Shown here: piece by piece, positions 12,944 to 25,790 of the stretch
Layout of the letters: each line of letters opens with the position of its first letter
Numbering within the stretch: the first letter of the stretch is position 1
NCBI GenBank assembly: GCA_024137785.1
Contig: JAHRHZ010000098.1
Coordinates: 38,359,231 to 38,423,230, forward strand
Direction of reading: 5' to 3'
Origin: Ginglymostoma cirratum
Taxonomy: Eukaryota
DNA length: 64,000 nt
Notes under the pieces: generated by a model
What the model saw: only the letters and a program-made list of their open reading frames with translations
The model's database searches: none
What the model was told of the DNA's origin: nothing
Translations under genes and position numbers: made by a program

Positions 12944-13134
12944 CTGTGCCAAAGCCACAGAAGATGGACTAGTATTCTACACTTCCTGGACAATTCATTG
13001 CAGATATAAACCACTAATTTTATTGAATGGAATGACTCACTTAAGGATTACTCACATAAATGTGTTACTTTTGAGTTGTGTATTAATTCTAAAGGTGGCT
13101 GATCATATAACCAAATCAAACAAAAAATGATCAC

Positions 13135-13262
13135 AAGAGCTAAGATCAGGAATAGGCAATTCAGCCCCTCAAGCCTGCTCTGCCATTTGGTACAATCATA
13201 GCTGATCTCGGTCTCAATGCCTCTTTCCTGCCTGCTCTCCATAACCCTCTAGCCTATTACGA
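13135..13262 (-). mobile_element. CR1 3' UTR fragment
   Basis: Reverse complement of gatcagctatgatt...aatggcagagcaggcttgaggggctgaat, as at 60703-60760. Confidence 0.7.
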
Positions 13263-13419
13263 ATTAGAAATTACACTATTGAAAAGCACTTCCATTGTGG
13301 ATATAAGATGAGTCTTTGTAAGAATTATACCAACAGCCTTTTTGCCACTGTTTCTTGTAACAGTATTACTTTGGATTGGGGATGGCGGAACATTATTTAA
13401 ATAATTCTATTTGTACCTG

Positions 13420-14035
13420 CATGAATCATGGAATCGTAAATGATAAGGCTATCTGGCCCATTGTGCCTGTGCTCGTCCTCTGAAGGGTCATCCAATTAGT
13501 CACATTCCCTGGCTCTCTTTCTCCAGCACTGAATCTTTCCCCCCTTCAATTACTTAGCCAATTCCGTTTCAAAAGTTAGTACTGAATCTGCTTTCAGGTA
13601 GCGCAGTGCAGTGCGGTGCAAATCATAAAACTCACTGCATGGAAAAATCCTCGTTTCTAGTTCTTTAGTGAATTACCTTAAATCTATGTCCTCTGGCTAC
13701 TGACCCTTGCTAATGGAAACAGTATTTCCTTATCTATTCTATCAAAACCCTTCATACGATTTTGAACACCTCTTAAATCTCCATTTAATCTTCTCTGCTC
13801 TCTGGAGAACAGCCCCTGCTTTATTATTCTCTCAACGTAACTGGCCTGACATCAGTGTTACCATTATTATAAATTTCCTTTGCACCCTCTCTCAGGCCTT
13901 GACATGCGCCCAGAATTGGACACAATACTTCAACTGGGGCACAGTCAGTGATTTATGAAGGTTTAGCACAATCGTGGTTTCACCTGAAAAGCCAAGGATC
14001 CCTTATGCTCTTTTTTAAAATCAAGTTTCTCAACA
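13420..14035 (-). mobile_element. Old CR1 3' fragment
   Basis: Tail (gaatcatggaatcgt) plus reverse-strand YCVQFWA motif (cccagaattggacacaatact). Confidence 0.65.
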
Positions 14036-14249
14036 ATAGGAAAGAGGGTGTCTCAGAGGGTTCAAGGATAAGATGATATGATTAGATGTAACAAACTCTG
14101 TTACACTCAGTCCCTTCATGTTGCAATGAATATAGAGTCAGAAAACTGCAATCCAACAGGGACAAATCCTCACTGGGTTTGGAATTATGGACTGGACAGG
14201 GAACAGGGATTTTAATAAGTCACTGAGTTAATTTATAAATCTTTGCTGC

Positions 14250-14480
14250 ACATGGGCATTTCTCCACATTATATACCATCTGACAATTGCTTGCTCGCTC
14301 AGCGAACCCGTCCATATCTCTTTATAGCCTCTTTGGTCTTCCCCACAGCATTCTCTCCCACCCAACGTGGTCTTGTCAATGAACCTGGAGACATTACACA
14401 TGTTCCTTTCATCTAGATCATTGACATTAAGTGTAAATTGCTGTGGATGTAGCAGTGATCCTTCTGGCACCCCCAATAGT
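14250..14480 (-). mobile_element. CR1 RT fragment
   Basis: ORF 14228-14485 reads GVPEGSLL..FTLNVNDLDE..VSRFIDKTTLGG, a degenerate PQGS/FADD region. Confidence 0.75.
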
Positions 14481-14554
14481 ATCAAGCAGGTAACAACTCT
14501 GATAACAAGCCAATCCTAGACCCTTCAGGACACAGCAAACACTGTTCCAACAAC

Positions 14555-15383
14555 AGGCCAAGGAGTGGCAGATGGAGTTTAATTTCGATTCATGTGAGGT
14601 GTTGCATTTTGGTGAAGCAAACTAGGGCAGTATTTATGCAGTTAATAGTAGGGCCCGGGGGAGTGTTGCCGAACAAAGAGACGTAGGGGCGCAAGTGCGG
14701 AGTTCCTTGAAAGTCAAATCGTGAGAAGACAGGGTGGCGAAGCGGGTGTTTGGCATGCTTGCCTTCATTGGTCAGTGCATTGAGAATAGGAGTTGAGACG
14801 TCATGTTGTGGCTGTTCAGGACACTGGTGAGGCCACTTTTAGAATACTGTGTATAATTCTGGTCGCCCTTTTTTTGAAGGATGCTGTTATACGTGAAAGA
14901 GTGCAGAGAAGATTTGCAAGGATATTGTTGGGACTGGAGGGTTTGAGTTATGGGGATGTTGAATAGGCTGGGGTTTTTTTTTTGCTGGAGTGTTGGACGC
15001 TGAAGGGTGACCATATAGAGGTTTATAAAATCATGACGGGCACAGATAGGGTGAATGGCCAAAGTCTTTTTCCTAGGGTGGGGGAGTCCAAAACTAGAGA
15101 GCATAGGTTTAAGGTGACTGGGGAAAGATTTAAAAAGAGACCTTAAGGACAACAACTTTTTCATGCAAAGGGTGGTGCACGTATGGAACAAACTGCAACA
15201 GGAAGTGGTGGAGGCCACTATGATCGCAACATTTAAAAGGCATCTGGATAGGTATATGTACAGGAAGGGTTTAAAGGGATTTGGGCCAAATTCTGGCAAA
15301 TAGGACTAGATCAAATCTGAATATCTGGTTGGCACGGACACGTTGGACTGAAGGGTCTGTTTCTGTATTGTATGATTCTATGA
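14555..15383 (+). mobile_element. CR1 LINE, 5'-truncated
   Basis: Encodes WQMEFN..CEVLHFG..LVRPLLEYCV relics, followed by the 3' UTR and a tatgattctatga tail. Confidence 0.9.
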
Positions 15384-15564
15384 CAGACTCAATTTGGCTA
15401 GAGATAAGGAGCAAGAAGGGTACAATTATATTGCTTGGTGTAGTTTGTAGACAACCAACTAGGAAACAATGTAGAGCAGCAGATCTGCAGGGAAATTACA
15501 GAGAAATGTCAACATTATAGTTATTATGGGGGACTTGACTTTAATTAGCCAAATACAGACATAG

Positions 15565-16618
15565 ATATTGAAGGTGTGGTTCCTAGATTGTGTTGTTGAG
15601 ACCTTCATTATTTTACTTCTATCATTTTTGGTTTGGAACTGTGAATTGGGAGATGAGAGCTGAAGGTGATTTTTGGACTCCCAGCAGTAGCTTGTTTTTA
15701 ATAAAAAGAGAACAAGCAAACTGTTATTTGCTTACGTGGCCATGCTTGGAAGATAACTGCAGGTCGATTCTTGTTCAAAGAATGCTCTATAGACATTTTG
15801 GTTCTAGAGATGCATTATGCTCAAACAGATGGCAGATGTTTGAATACTAACCGGAGCCTCATATGAAGCTATGGTGCCAGTCTAACAAAGAGAAACCAAA
15901 GTTTGAACTGGTTTTGAATGGTGTTTAAGTCAGAAAAATTGTATCTCTGAAAGCTAAATGATGGAGGTTTAATTGCTCCCTGGTTATCCTCCCATTATCA
16001 AATTTTTGTACATTTGGGGAATACAGTCTTAGTTATAAGTACGAAGTGAACATTCCTTGGAACCCATCAGAAGGAGGTGGCATGCTCAGTGTCTTTGGAG
16101 GCCAAGAAAGGTACAATCCCATTATCCGTGACATGTTATAGATCATGAAGTCTGCTTAAGTCAGCTAGCTGGTTGTTCTTCCTTTTTCATCTTTTGATTT
16201 ATCCCTTAACTGGGTCTGTTTGTCGGTCATTGTGAGAGTGGGGGGGCTAGAATTAAAGAAGATTATGTTTAAAACATCGACATTAATTAAATTAACTTGT
16301 GGTTTAATTTTGCTAAAACTTTTGTATTATTAAAAGATTGCTAATTATTTTGTTTAAGCTATAAACTGGGTGCCTGGTAATGCTTAACGAGGTGTAGAGC
16401 TGGATGAACACAGCAGGCCGAGCAGCATCAGAGGAGCAGGAAACCTTGACGTTTAGGGCCTAGACCCTTCATCAGTAATGCTTATTCACAAACTCTTGCA
16501 CTGGTATTCAAAGAGTTTGTTAGGAACTACTGGGGTCAGTTTTGAGGGTTTTGATTTTACTGTGTTATGAATGCAGAGATAAGCAGGCTTTTTTGACTGT
16601 TTGTCTCCATGTTATAAT
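15565..16618. mobile_element. Unclassified ~1.05 kb insertion in the CR1 endonuclease region (possible solo LTR)
   Basis: CR1 reading stops after FNxPNxD (~15560) and resumes at QESF..Q.VSSP (~16625). The insert is non-coding, with ends resembling decayed TG...CA (tattgaagg...tgttataa). Confidence 0.4.
16387..16474 (-). mobile_element. Penelope-derived 88-bp insertion with hammerhead-like motif
   Basis: 10-bp TSD gtaatgctta (16377-16386, 16475-16484). Minus strand ctgatgaagggtctaggccctaaacgtc, with GAAA mutated to TAAA. Confidence 0.75.
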
Positions 16619-18439
16619 GGCTTTCAGGAGAGTTTCATACAGCAGTCTGTGTCCAGTCCAATAAGAAAGGATGAATTGTTGGACCTGGTTCTTGGAAAGG
16701 ACGTGGGCCATGTGAATCGTGTCAGTGGGGGAACATTTAGGAGACAGTGATCAAAGTGTGAGAGAAATCAATTAGTGGAGAGCTAACTTCAATGGGGCAG
16801 AAACAGAGCAAGGGTGTCGGACTGACTAGAACAAGAGGTTGGCGGAAATAAAAGTAACTGAGCAATGGGCTACCTCCAAAGACCAGATGGTTAAGGTAGA
16901 TTTGATGTATATTCCCTCAAATTGAAAAAGCAAGATAAACAATTCAAGTTCCCTGGATGACAAAGGAGGTAGGAAATAACATTATAGTAAAACTGTGTGC
17001 TAATGACAGGTGTAAGGCAGAAAATACATTAGAACCAAGGGGAAAGGTTTAGAGGAGAAGTGTTAAAGCAAGTAAGAGAAGCAGAGAGGAATTACGAAAA
17101 CAAAATAGCAGCTAATAAAAGGAAATCCCAAAGACTTCTATAGATGTATAAATAGTAATACAATGGTTAGAGGAGGAGTAAGGCTGATTAGAGACCAAAA
17201 AGGGATTTACATATGGAGGCAGGGGGTATGGCTAAGGTGTTAAATGAGTACTTTACATCTGTCTTTACAAAAGAAGAGGCTGCAGCCCAGGCCATGATGA
17301 CAAAGGAAAATCTGTCATTAGAAGGGTTCAAAACTAATAAGGAAGAAGTCATAGACTGTCGCTAATTGAAGTTGACAAGGCTCAGGACTGGATGAGATGT
17401 ATCCAAGGACTTATAAGAAAGTGAGGGAAGAAATTGTAGGCACACTAGCTTTAATCAATCAGTCATCCCTGGACTCGGGACGTGTCAGAAGACTGGGGAA
17501 CTGCAAACGTTATAGCTTTGGTCAAGAAAGGTTGTAAAGAGGAAATTGTGCTACAAAAAATCCAGCTGAAGTTTTCTGAAGAGGTACCAGAAAGGTTAGA
17601 TGAGGGTAATGCTGTTGTTGTACAGATGGATTTCCAGGAGGCATTTGATCAGTGCCACATAACAGATTGAAGGAAAGTTATAGGCAATAGTCTAAGGGGC
17701 AGTAGTAATGTGAGTACGAAATTGACTGAATTGACTAAAAAAAACTGAGATTAAGGGTCAATGGATATTTTCCAGCCTGTTGGAAGGTTTGCAGTGGAGA
17801 TCCCGGGGGTGGGGTCGATATTGGGACCCTTTCTTTTCCTAATTTATATTAATGAACTGGATCTTGCTGTGCAGAGGACAATTTTAAATGACACTAAACT
17901 TGGGAAAATTGTAAACTCTGGGGAGAACAGTGTGGAACTGCAAGGACAATGACAATTTGGTGGAGTGGGCAGAAACGTTGCAGATGAGGTTCAATGCAGA
18001 GAAGTGTGAGGTGGCACACTTAGGTGGTAGGACAGATGGTGAGAGCAGTTAATAAAGTATACAGTGCCCTCGTTTATTAATAGGACATAAAGTACAAAAG
18101 CAAAGAGGTGATGTTGAACTTGTGTAAGACACTTGTTAAGCCTCACTTGGAGTATTCTGTACATTTGTGGGTGCCGCATTACAGGAAAAGTATGAATACA
18201 CAGGAGAGAGCGCACACATGATTTATAAAAATGGTTCCAGGAATGAGAAACTTCAGTTGAGGATAAATTTAAGAAATTAGCATTGTTCTCCTTGTAAAGA
18301 AGAAAGGTGATTTGATAACGATTTTCAAAATCAGGAGTGGGCTGGAGAAAGTAGATAAAGAGAAGCTGTTCCTACTCACAAAAAAAACAAGAATGAAGAG
18401 GGCATAGATTTAAAATGATGCACAAAAGAAGCAAGGATT

Positions 18440-18618
18440 ATTTTTATTTATTCTTTCACAGGATGTGGGTGTCACTGGCCAGGCTAGCATTTACTACCCA
18501 TACCTAATTACCCAGAAGGCAGTTAAGTACTGTGGATCTGCAGTCATCTGCCAGACCAAGAAAGCATGGCAGCATCCTTCCCTAAAGGACATTAGTGAAT
18601 CAATTGAGTTTTTCTGAA
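18440..18618 (-). mobile_element. SINE family B 3' part nested in CR1
   Basis: Reverse complement of the body and tail of the 39237-39594 element. Confidence 0.75.
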
Positions 18619-21600
18619 ATCGCGAATATGAGAAAAAACTTTTTCACACAACGATAGTTAGGGTATGGAATGCACTGCCTGGAATTGTGCCAGAGGCAGG
18701 TTCAATTGAAGCATTCAAGAGGGCATTGGATGATTATCTGGATAAAAATAGTGCGCAAGGTTATGGGGAAAATGCAAGAAATTGACACTAGGTAATAGCG
18801 TGCGTTTGAAGAGCTGGTACAGGCATGAGGGTTGAATGGCCTTGTTCTGCACCGCCAACTATTCTGTGGTTCTGTGACTTTCTTGCCATCTCAAAGATAT
18901 GTGTGTATAAACCCCCAGAATCTCTTTGCTCATGAATCCCTTTGAAAAATGTATGATTCAGTTTATATTTCCTGTTCTCATTCTTACTACCAAAAGTAGG
19001 TTCTCTACTTCAAATCGACTCCCTTTTGAAAGTCCATGCACACATCACCTCTTTCAGTTACGTCAACAAAGAACTCAAGAATGATGGTAAAATGCAATTT
19101 ACCTATACAAACCGAATAGCTGTTATTTATTAACCTCTATTTTTTCACGTGACAATTAATTTTGTTTCTGATTACACTCACGCAAAGTTTCCTCACCACA
19201 ATTGTTACACTGAATGGCTTGAAGTTGAAGGATTTATCCCTCTTCTCAAACTGCCTAATAGGAGATGTTACTTCTTGGTGATGGGTCTTCACCTTCTGAG
19301 TTTCTCCTTCTCCTAAACTGAGAAATCCTGGAGCTCTTCAATACTATAAATTGCTGAAACAATGTAAAGAGTAAAGAGAATCCATCCACCAAACCCAGGC
19401 AGCCAGGTACAAGTCAGTTAAATCAGAGTCAAAGCTTTGGTCCTCTCAAGTGAGCCCTTTGAAGTTATGTTCTTACATTTTCTTGGTACACAGAGATTTA
19501 AGAAATGTACAAAACAATTTAAAAATCAATAACATGCAAGTCATAGAACTGAAACATTAAAAAAATTAATATTTCCTGTAGTTACTCTCCAGGAAATAAA
19601 ATAATTAGAACTAGACAGTGAGTTCTGCTCGTAAATTGCCTTTTGATACTTAGCAAGAGCAATGGCATCAGACTACATGGTGATAACAGGAACAAACCGG
19701 TGACCTTTTCTTCAAAAATGTAACTCAGCAGTCGTAGCAGCAGCAAATCTTGGAAGAATGAACCTGAACCATGGCTTTGCCACAAGAATTAAAAAAAAAA
19801 ACGAATGGCCCTATGTTGTAATGTGTCTCAAAGGAGCCCCAGTCAGCCATTCTCCTTTCCCTCTATCCATCATATTCACACAAATCCCAGAGGTGGACCA
19901 GTTTCTGAGGACTTGTGTAGCGTATTATCCTCAAGCTTAACAATCCAATATCAGTGGAGCTGGGGATAATTACTTTCCATTGATGATAAAATGCCCCAAA
20001 CCCCGTCAAGCATAGTAATTTACATCTTACAGCATCCAAGATCAATAGAAACATGGAACATTGAAAGCTATTTTAAAAAAAAGGCAGCAGACAATGCGTG
20101 AAGTGAACTTTACTGGTTAGAAACTCAGGAATGGGTCACTAACAAGGAATGAATATATAAAAATGAAGGGCAGTCAGGATAGACAGATAACAACATAATA
20201 TTGTCAAGAATTATAAACATAAAGAATAAAAATCAGAGCAGTGATTTGGTCCATTTGTGGGAAATCAGGGCACTTGTCATTGAGTGGAATAGAAATAACC
20301 ACTCAAGATTACACTGGTATTAAATACTGGATTACCAAACAAAATATATAATCCATTTAGAGGCACTGACGGCAGTTCTCTGAAGCACATCTCTGCAAAG
20401 TGTCATGTTTAACTATGAAACCTGAAATATTCCACTGCGTGTAAACAAAAATATTACAACATTTCCAAGTATGATGACCATTAACATGCTGTATTAAATA
20501 TTGTCAGCAAGAAATATTTATCAAATTCCACAAAAACAATAATTTGATATTAATTGTCAAACAAAAAGGGAGAAAGGTCAAAGTTACTACTTTTATATTC
20601 TTGCTTCTATATACAATGGAATTTAACACACTGGGATCCATGATTAGATAATCTATTTTCTACATGGGTGGGATTTTTGATGTTTATGTTCTTTTATGGG
20701 CTACTTTTCTACACCTTCTCTCTACAGTGTACACTTATATCATGGGTATCATTCTAGACCAGACGTACAAACATTTGCCTGTTTCTAGGTCAACGTATTG
20801 GGTGCTGTGGTTTCAGCCACGTGAAGGCTTCAACTTTCATGCCTGGTCTTGATTGAGACAGCTGATCTCAGAACAACTACACTAGGGATGGTACAACGGA
20901 TCTAATTAGCCCCAAGCTAGAATGTGAAAAGTTTGTCAGCGATCCAGTTAGCCTGATACAAATATGTGGATACTCCATGTGATTTAATAATCTACTAACA
21001 TGTGTCAAGACTCGCATGCAAAGAATGGCCACTGACACAAGGCACTTACTATCATGTGGTACCACACCCTTACTATTCCCAAGAGCGTGAAAAGGGAAAA
21101 AATATTTAATGCAAAAAAACCCATTGAAAACATATTCCTGTGCTGGTTACCAGTGATTTCTCATGTCTCATAAAGCAATCTACAAATAAAAATGTATTAA
21201 ATTTTTACTTTTCATAATGGAAAACTTGGTCATTTGCAGTCCATTTTAATTTTCTCAATCTAAGAAAATGAAAAGTTTTGCAGTTATATTTCACAATCTG
21301 AATGATATACATTTTGCACCTTAGTTAAACAGATAAACCATTGTAGTGCATAATGTTTTTATAAGGCAATGTTTTGTGGTCTAGCTGGGTTCATTAGCCT
21401 TTGTGAGTTTGATGCTTAAACTTTCTGCAGTACAAACACAGCATGATGGCAACTACAATACAGCACTTTCCCACTGTCTTTTTCTAAAATCTCCATGATT
21501 TGTTTGCCAGGTTAAAGCATCCAGTTTTAGCAATGTGAGTCAGTCCATGGAGAATGCACTGCTGGGGTTCCAACTAAAAACATCAATCTAAAAGTGCTTC

Positions 21601-22779
21601 TATATTGGCTCCAAATTTCTGTTCAGGATGAGGGGTGATGAATCACAATGCCAAATTATCCTGCAATTCCCAAAGCTAGCAAAGATCTTGTTGACATGAG
21701 AATGCCAACTAACAATGATGGTTTGATGTGCTATCAATGCAAAATACGGGTAATTTAAGGTTCCTGAGACAAACTGAAATGCATCAATGAGAGAAAAAAA
21801 CCTGATTCTTGGGAGGGAGTGTGTTGCAACCAGGTCTCTTATAGAAAGTGACCAATCCATTGAAGCCAAAGAAAATAAACACACAATATTATGAACAAGG
21901 AGACAAGAAGATCAAGATCAAGATCACAAATAGTGCTAATTTTATTGGTTATTGAGAAGTAAATTTTCCCTCCCTAGATTTGGGACAGGTCTGCTAATTG
22001 TAGCAATATAATCACTAGTCAAGCTGAGAGTAGTTCATTTTAATCAGATTGGAATTGAATTTGGGTCTGCCTGGTGCATAAAACTCTGTACCATTACTTT
22101 AGAAATGGGGAGAAACTCAGATTAGATGTTTAAATTAGTAAAGTATAACTTTGCGTATGTGACCAGCCTCAAGAAATTTCTGACATATTCAAGGTGCGTT
22201 AACATTTCATTTTAAAACAATATTGTTAAATACTGTTTGAAAGAAACCTACACTATCCCAGTGTGCTTGAGTGGATTTATCATTTATGCAGCGTATAAAT
22301 ACATCCGAACTTACTTCTAGGGCATGCCATAAGTTCAATATTCATTCAACCCTTAGGTAATAATAGTGATACTTTCTCCTTATATTGAAAAGGCAATACT
22401 AATGGAAATGTTCCATTAAGAAGAAAATACCATTACTTTGAATGTATTAGAGACGACAGCAAACATTTATTTTAACCCAATTCAACTATATCTTGATTCA
22501 GAAGTATTTTATAAGGTTTTGAACTGCTACCTTGTAACACACTATATAAAGCAGAAAGATTCTATACAACATCAAAATTAGTTGTGAATGCACATGAAAC
22601 AAAAATCAGCATGCATAACACATGCCAGAGGGCAACAGGGTGACCCTCACAGTTGAGATCTAGCTTCAATCTTGACCCTTCCAATGGGGTAAAAGCCATC
22701 TCCAGTATTCTACAAGAATAGGTATGAGTAGCTTCAATCCAATTTTTAGCAGTCTGATCGTTCAGCAAAAATCTCCAAT

Positions 22780-24400
22780 TTTATTTACGCATGGGACGTG
22801 GATGTCTCTGGCTGGGCACTGGTGGTGGAGATGCAGAATGTTTGTGGGTGTCATACCAATCAAGTGAACTGCTTTGTCCTGGATGATGTAAAGCTGCTTG
22901 AGTATTATTGGACCTGCACTCATCCAGGCAAGTGAAGAGTATTCTATCACACTAATGTGCCTTGTTGTTGAACAGGCTTTTGGAAGTTAGGAGGTAAGTT
23001 ACATGCTGCAAGATTCATTACCTCTAACCTGCTTTAATATCGGCTTATAATTTTAAAAAATATACTCGTGGAACATGGCTATTGCTGGCTGGCTAGCATT
23101 TATTGCCCATCTCTAGTTGCCCTATTTGAACTGCTGCAGTTCATATGCTGTAGGTTGACCCACAATGCCCCCAGGGAGGTAATTCCATGATTTTGACTCA
23201 GCGACAGTGAGGAATAGCAATATATCTCCAAAGTCAGGATGGTGAGTGGCTTGGAAGGGAACTTGCAGGTGGTGGTGTTCCTATTGCATCTGCTGCCCTT
23301 CTCCTTCTGGATGGAAGTGGTTACGGGTTTAGAAGGTGCTGTCTGAGGACATTTGGTGAATTTATGCAGTGCATCTTGCAGCTGTTACATACTGCTGCTA
23401 TTGAGCGTTGGTGGTGGAGGGAGTGGATGCTTGTGGATGTGGTGCTGATCAAGTGGGCTGCTTTGTCATGGGTGATGCCAAGCTTCTTGAATGTTGTTGG
23501 AGCAGCACTCATCCAGGCAAATGGGGAGTATTCCATCACACCCCGACTTGTGCCTTGCAGGTGATGGACAGGATTTAGGGAGTTGGGTTATGTGCCGCAG
23601 TATTCCTAGCGTCTTACCTGCTCTTGTAGCCACTGTGTCTATGTGGCAGGTCTAGTTGCGTTTCTGGTTAATGATAACTCTGACAATGTAGATTGTGGGG
23701 GAGGTTCAGAGATGATAACACCATTGAATTTCAAGGAGCGATGATCAAGTCGTCTCTTATTGGAGATGGTCATTTCTTATTGGAAATGGCATTTGTGTGG
23801 AGCAAATGTTACTTGCCGCTTGTCAGCTGAAACCTGAATATTGTCCAGATCTTGTTGCATTTGAACAAAGGCTGCTTCAGTATCTGAGGTGTCATGAATG
23901 GTGCTGAATGTTGCACAATCAATGGCAAACATCTCTATTTCTGACCTTACAATGGACGGAGGAACTCCTGCAGAAATGTCCTGGAGCTGAGACAACTGAC
24001 TCCGACAACCACAAACATCTTCCTATGTGCTAAGTATGACTCCAACTAGTGGAGAGTTTGCCCCCTGGTAATGGTTGTCCATTTCACTTTCTAGTCAATG
24101 GTAAGCCCAAGGATATTGATAATGGGAGATTCAGTGATGGTAATGCCATTGAATGTCAAGAAGTGATGGTTACGTTCTCTCTTGTTGGAGATGGTCATTG
24201 CCTGGCACTTGGATGGCATGAACATTACTTGTCACTTGTCAACTCAAACAGGTCTTGTTGCATTTAAACATGTATTGCATTAATATCTCAGGAGCTTGCA
24301 AATGATGCTTAACATTGTGCAATCATCAGTGAACATCCCCACTTCTGATCTTATGACAGTAGGAATGTCAGTGATAAAGCAGCTAAAGATGGTTGGGCCA
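22780..24400 (-). mobile_element. Cluster of family X LINE 3'/RT fragments (two or three partial copies)
   Basis: ORFs MEYSPFAWMSAAPTT..DKAAHLI (twice) and SQLQDISAGVP..EMFAIDC. 3' tail relics at ~22785 and ~23060. Confidence 0.8.
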
Positions 24401-24479
24401 GAAATATTGTCAGTAATCGAGCACTAATTGGCAATCTCAGTCAGACAGTCACAAGAGGCTGATTTAAGAAATGAAAAAT

Positions 24480-24650
24480 GCCACCCTTTTCTTGGGGTAA
24501 TGGATGTTGGATAAGCAGTCAAGATAATCTGACAACAATCCAGGATCCAGAGAAATGACAATGATGTTGGATTCAGTGTCATCAGTGAACATATGAAAAC
24601 TAACATGCAATTTTGAATGATATTGCCAAGGATAGCCTGTAAATTAGAAA
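24480..24650 (-). mobile_element. L2-type RT fragment
   Basis: Minus strand reads LGNII..FHMFTDDT, a YADD-like motif. Confidence 0.5.
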
Positions 24651-24726
24651 TAAGGATGAATAATGACAGCTTTGCACTGAAGTTAGCTATAACTTGCAAA
24701 TCTGCAATGCTAACACTGAAGATAAC

Positions 24727-25372
24727 GGCTTTTGTGGCGCAGTGGTAGTGTCCCTACCTCTCAGCCACAGTCAGAATTGTACAGCACAGAAGCAGTATCT
24801 TTGGTCCAATTCATCTATGATGATCAGCTATCCCAAACTGATCTAGTCCCATTTGCCAGCATTTGGCTAATATCTCTCTAAACCCTTCCTATTCATGTAT
24901 CTAACCAGCTGCCTTTTAAGTGCTGTAACTTCCACTACTTCCTCTGGTAGTTCACTCCGTACATGCACCACCCTCCGTATGAAAAAGTTGTCCCTCAGGG
25001 CCCTTTTAAATATTTCCCCTATCACCTGAAACCTATGCCCTCTAGTTTTGGACTTCCCTGACCTGGGAAAAAAGGCCTTGGCTATTCACCCCATTCATGC
25101 CCCTCATGATTTTATAAACCTCAATAAGATCACCTCTCAGTCTTCGACACTCTAGGACAAAAAGCTCCAGCCTATTCAGCCTCTTTTCAGAGCTCAAATC
25201 CAATCCCTGCAACATTTTTGTAAATCTTTTCTGAACCCTTTCAAGTTTAACAACATCTTTCCTATAGCAGAGAGACCAGAATTGAACGCAGTGTTCTGAC
25301 CTGTGTTCAGGTCCCACCTGCTTCAGAGGTATGTAACAACATTTCTGTACAGGTTTATTAGAAAATACCTAC
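24727..25372 (+). mobile_element. SINE family A split by a CR1 insertion
   Basis: Head gtggcgcagtggtagtgtccctacctctcagcca (24733-24767) resumes at ~25298 as gacctgtgttcaggtcccacctgc...ttagaaaata. Confidence 0.8.
24770..25297 (-). mobile_element. CR1 3' fragment
   Basis: ORF 25042-25317 EHCVQFWS..KDVVKLERVQKRFTKML..RRLRGDLIEVYKIM plus 3' UTR. Confidence 0.9.
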
Positions 25373-25790
25373 AATGAAGACTGATTCCAGGATGCTTCCT
25401 AATCTTGTCCTATATGCATCACACCAAAAGTAGGTGCTAATTGGTCCATTCCAAATATTTAATCAGACTGATATTCACACACATTATTTGCAACTTTCAC
25501 TGGTGTTGGTGTCCTGGGAGGACGGAAGTTGGATATTCTGTAAAGGAATTGGATTTTGTTGTGCTACAGAAGCATTGGATTTAGAGTTCATTTTTCAGTT
25601 AGTTGAGTTACGGATAAGATCTAACTAAGTGCTGGAACAGATTTGAGGGTTAACAGGACTATTGCCATTCCCAAATAAACCACTGGATCCACTGGCATTG
25701 GATCTGTTAGTGTAACTGTTGTCTGTAAATTACTTTTATTATTATTTCCGAAGTAAAAGTGGACTGTGGTGGGTGTGTCTGTACGAGAGT

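Larger units (their letters stand above)
15385..18878 (+). mobile_element. Old CR1 LINE (endonuclease to 3' UTR) with nested insertions
   Basis: SIWLEIRSKKG endonuclease relic, then LDLVLG, EDWGTANV, MDFQEAFD, GSILGPFLFLIYINELD, then the 3' UTR. Many frameshifts; interrupted at ~15565-16618 and ~18440-18618. Confidence 0.85.

Noticed and set aside
14772-15299. 175-aa minus-strand ORF
   Set aside because: It is the antisense reading of a CR1 3' region; similar antisense ORFs recur at 33544 and 52723.
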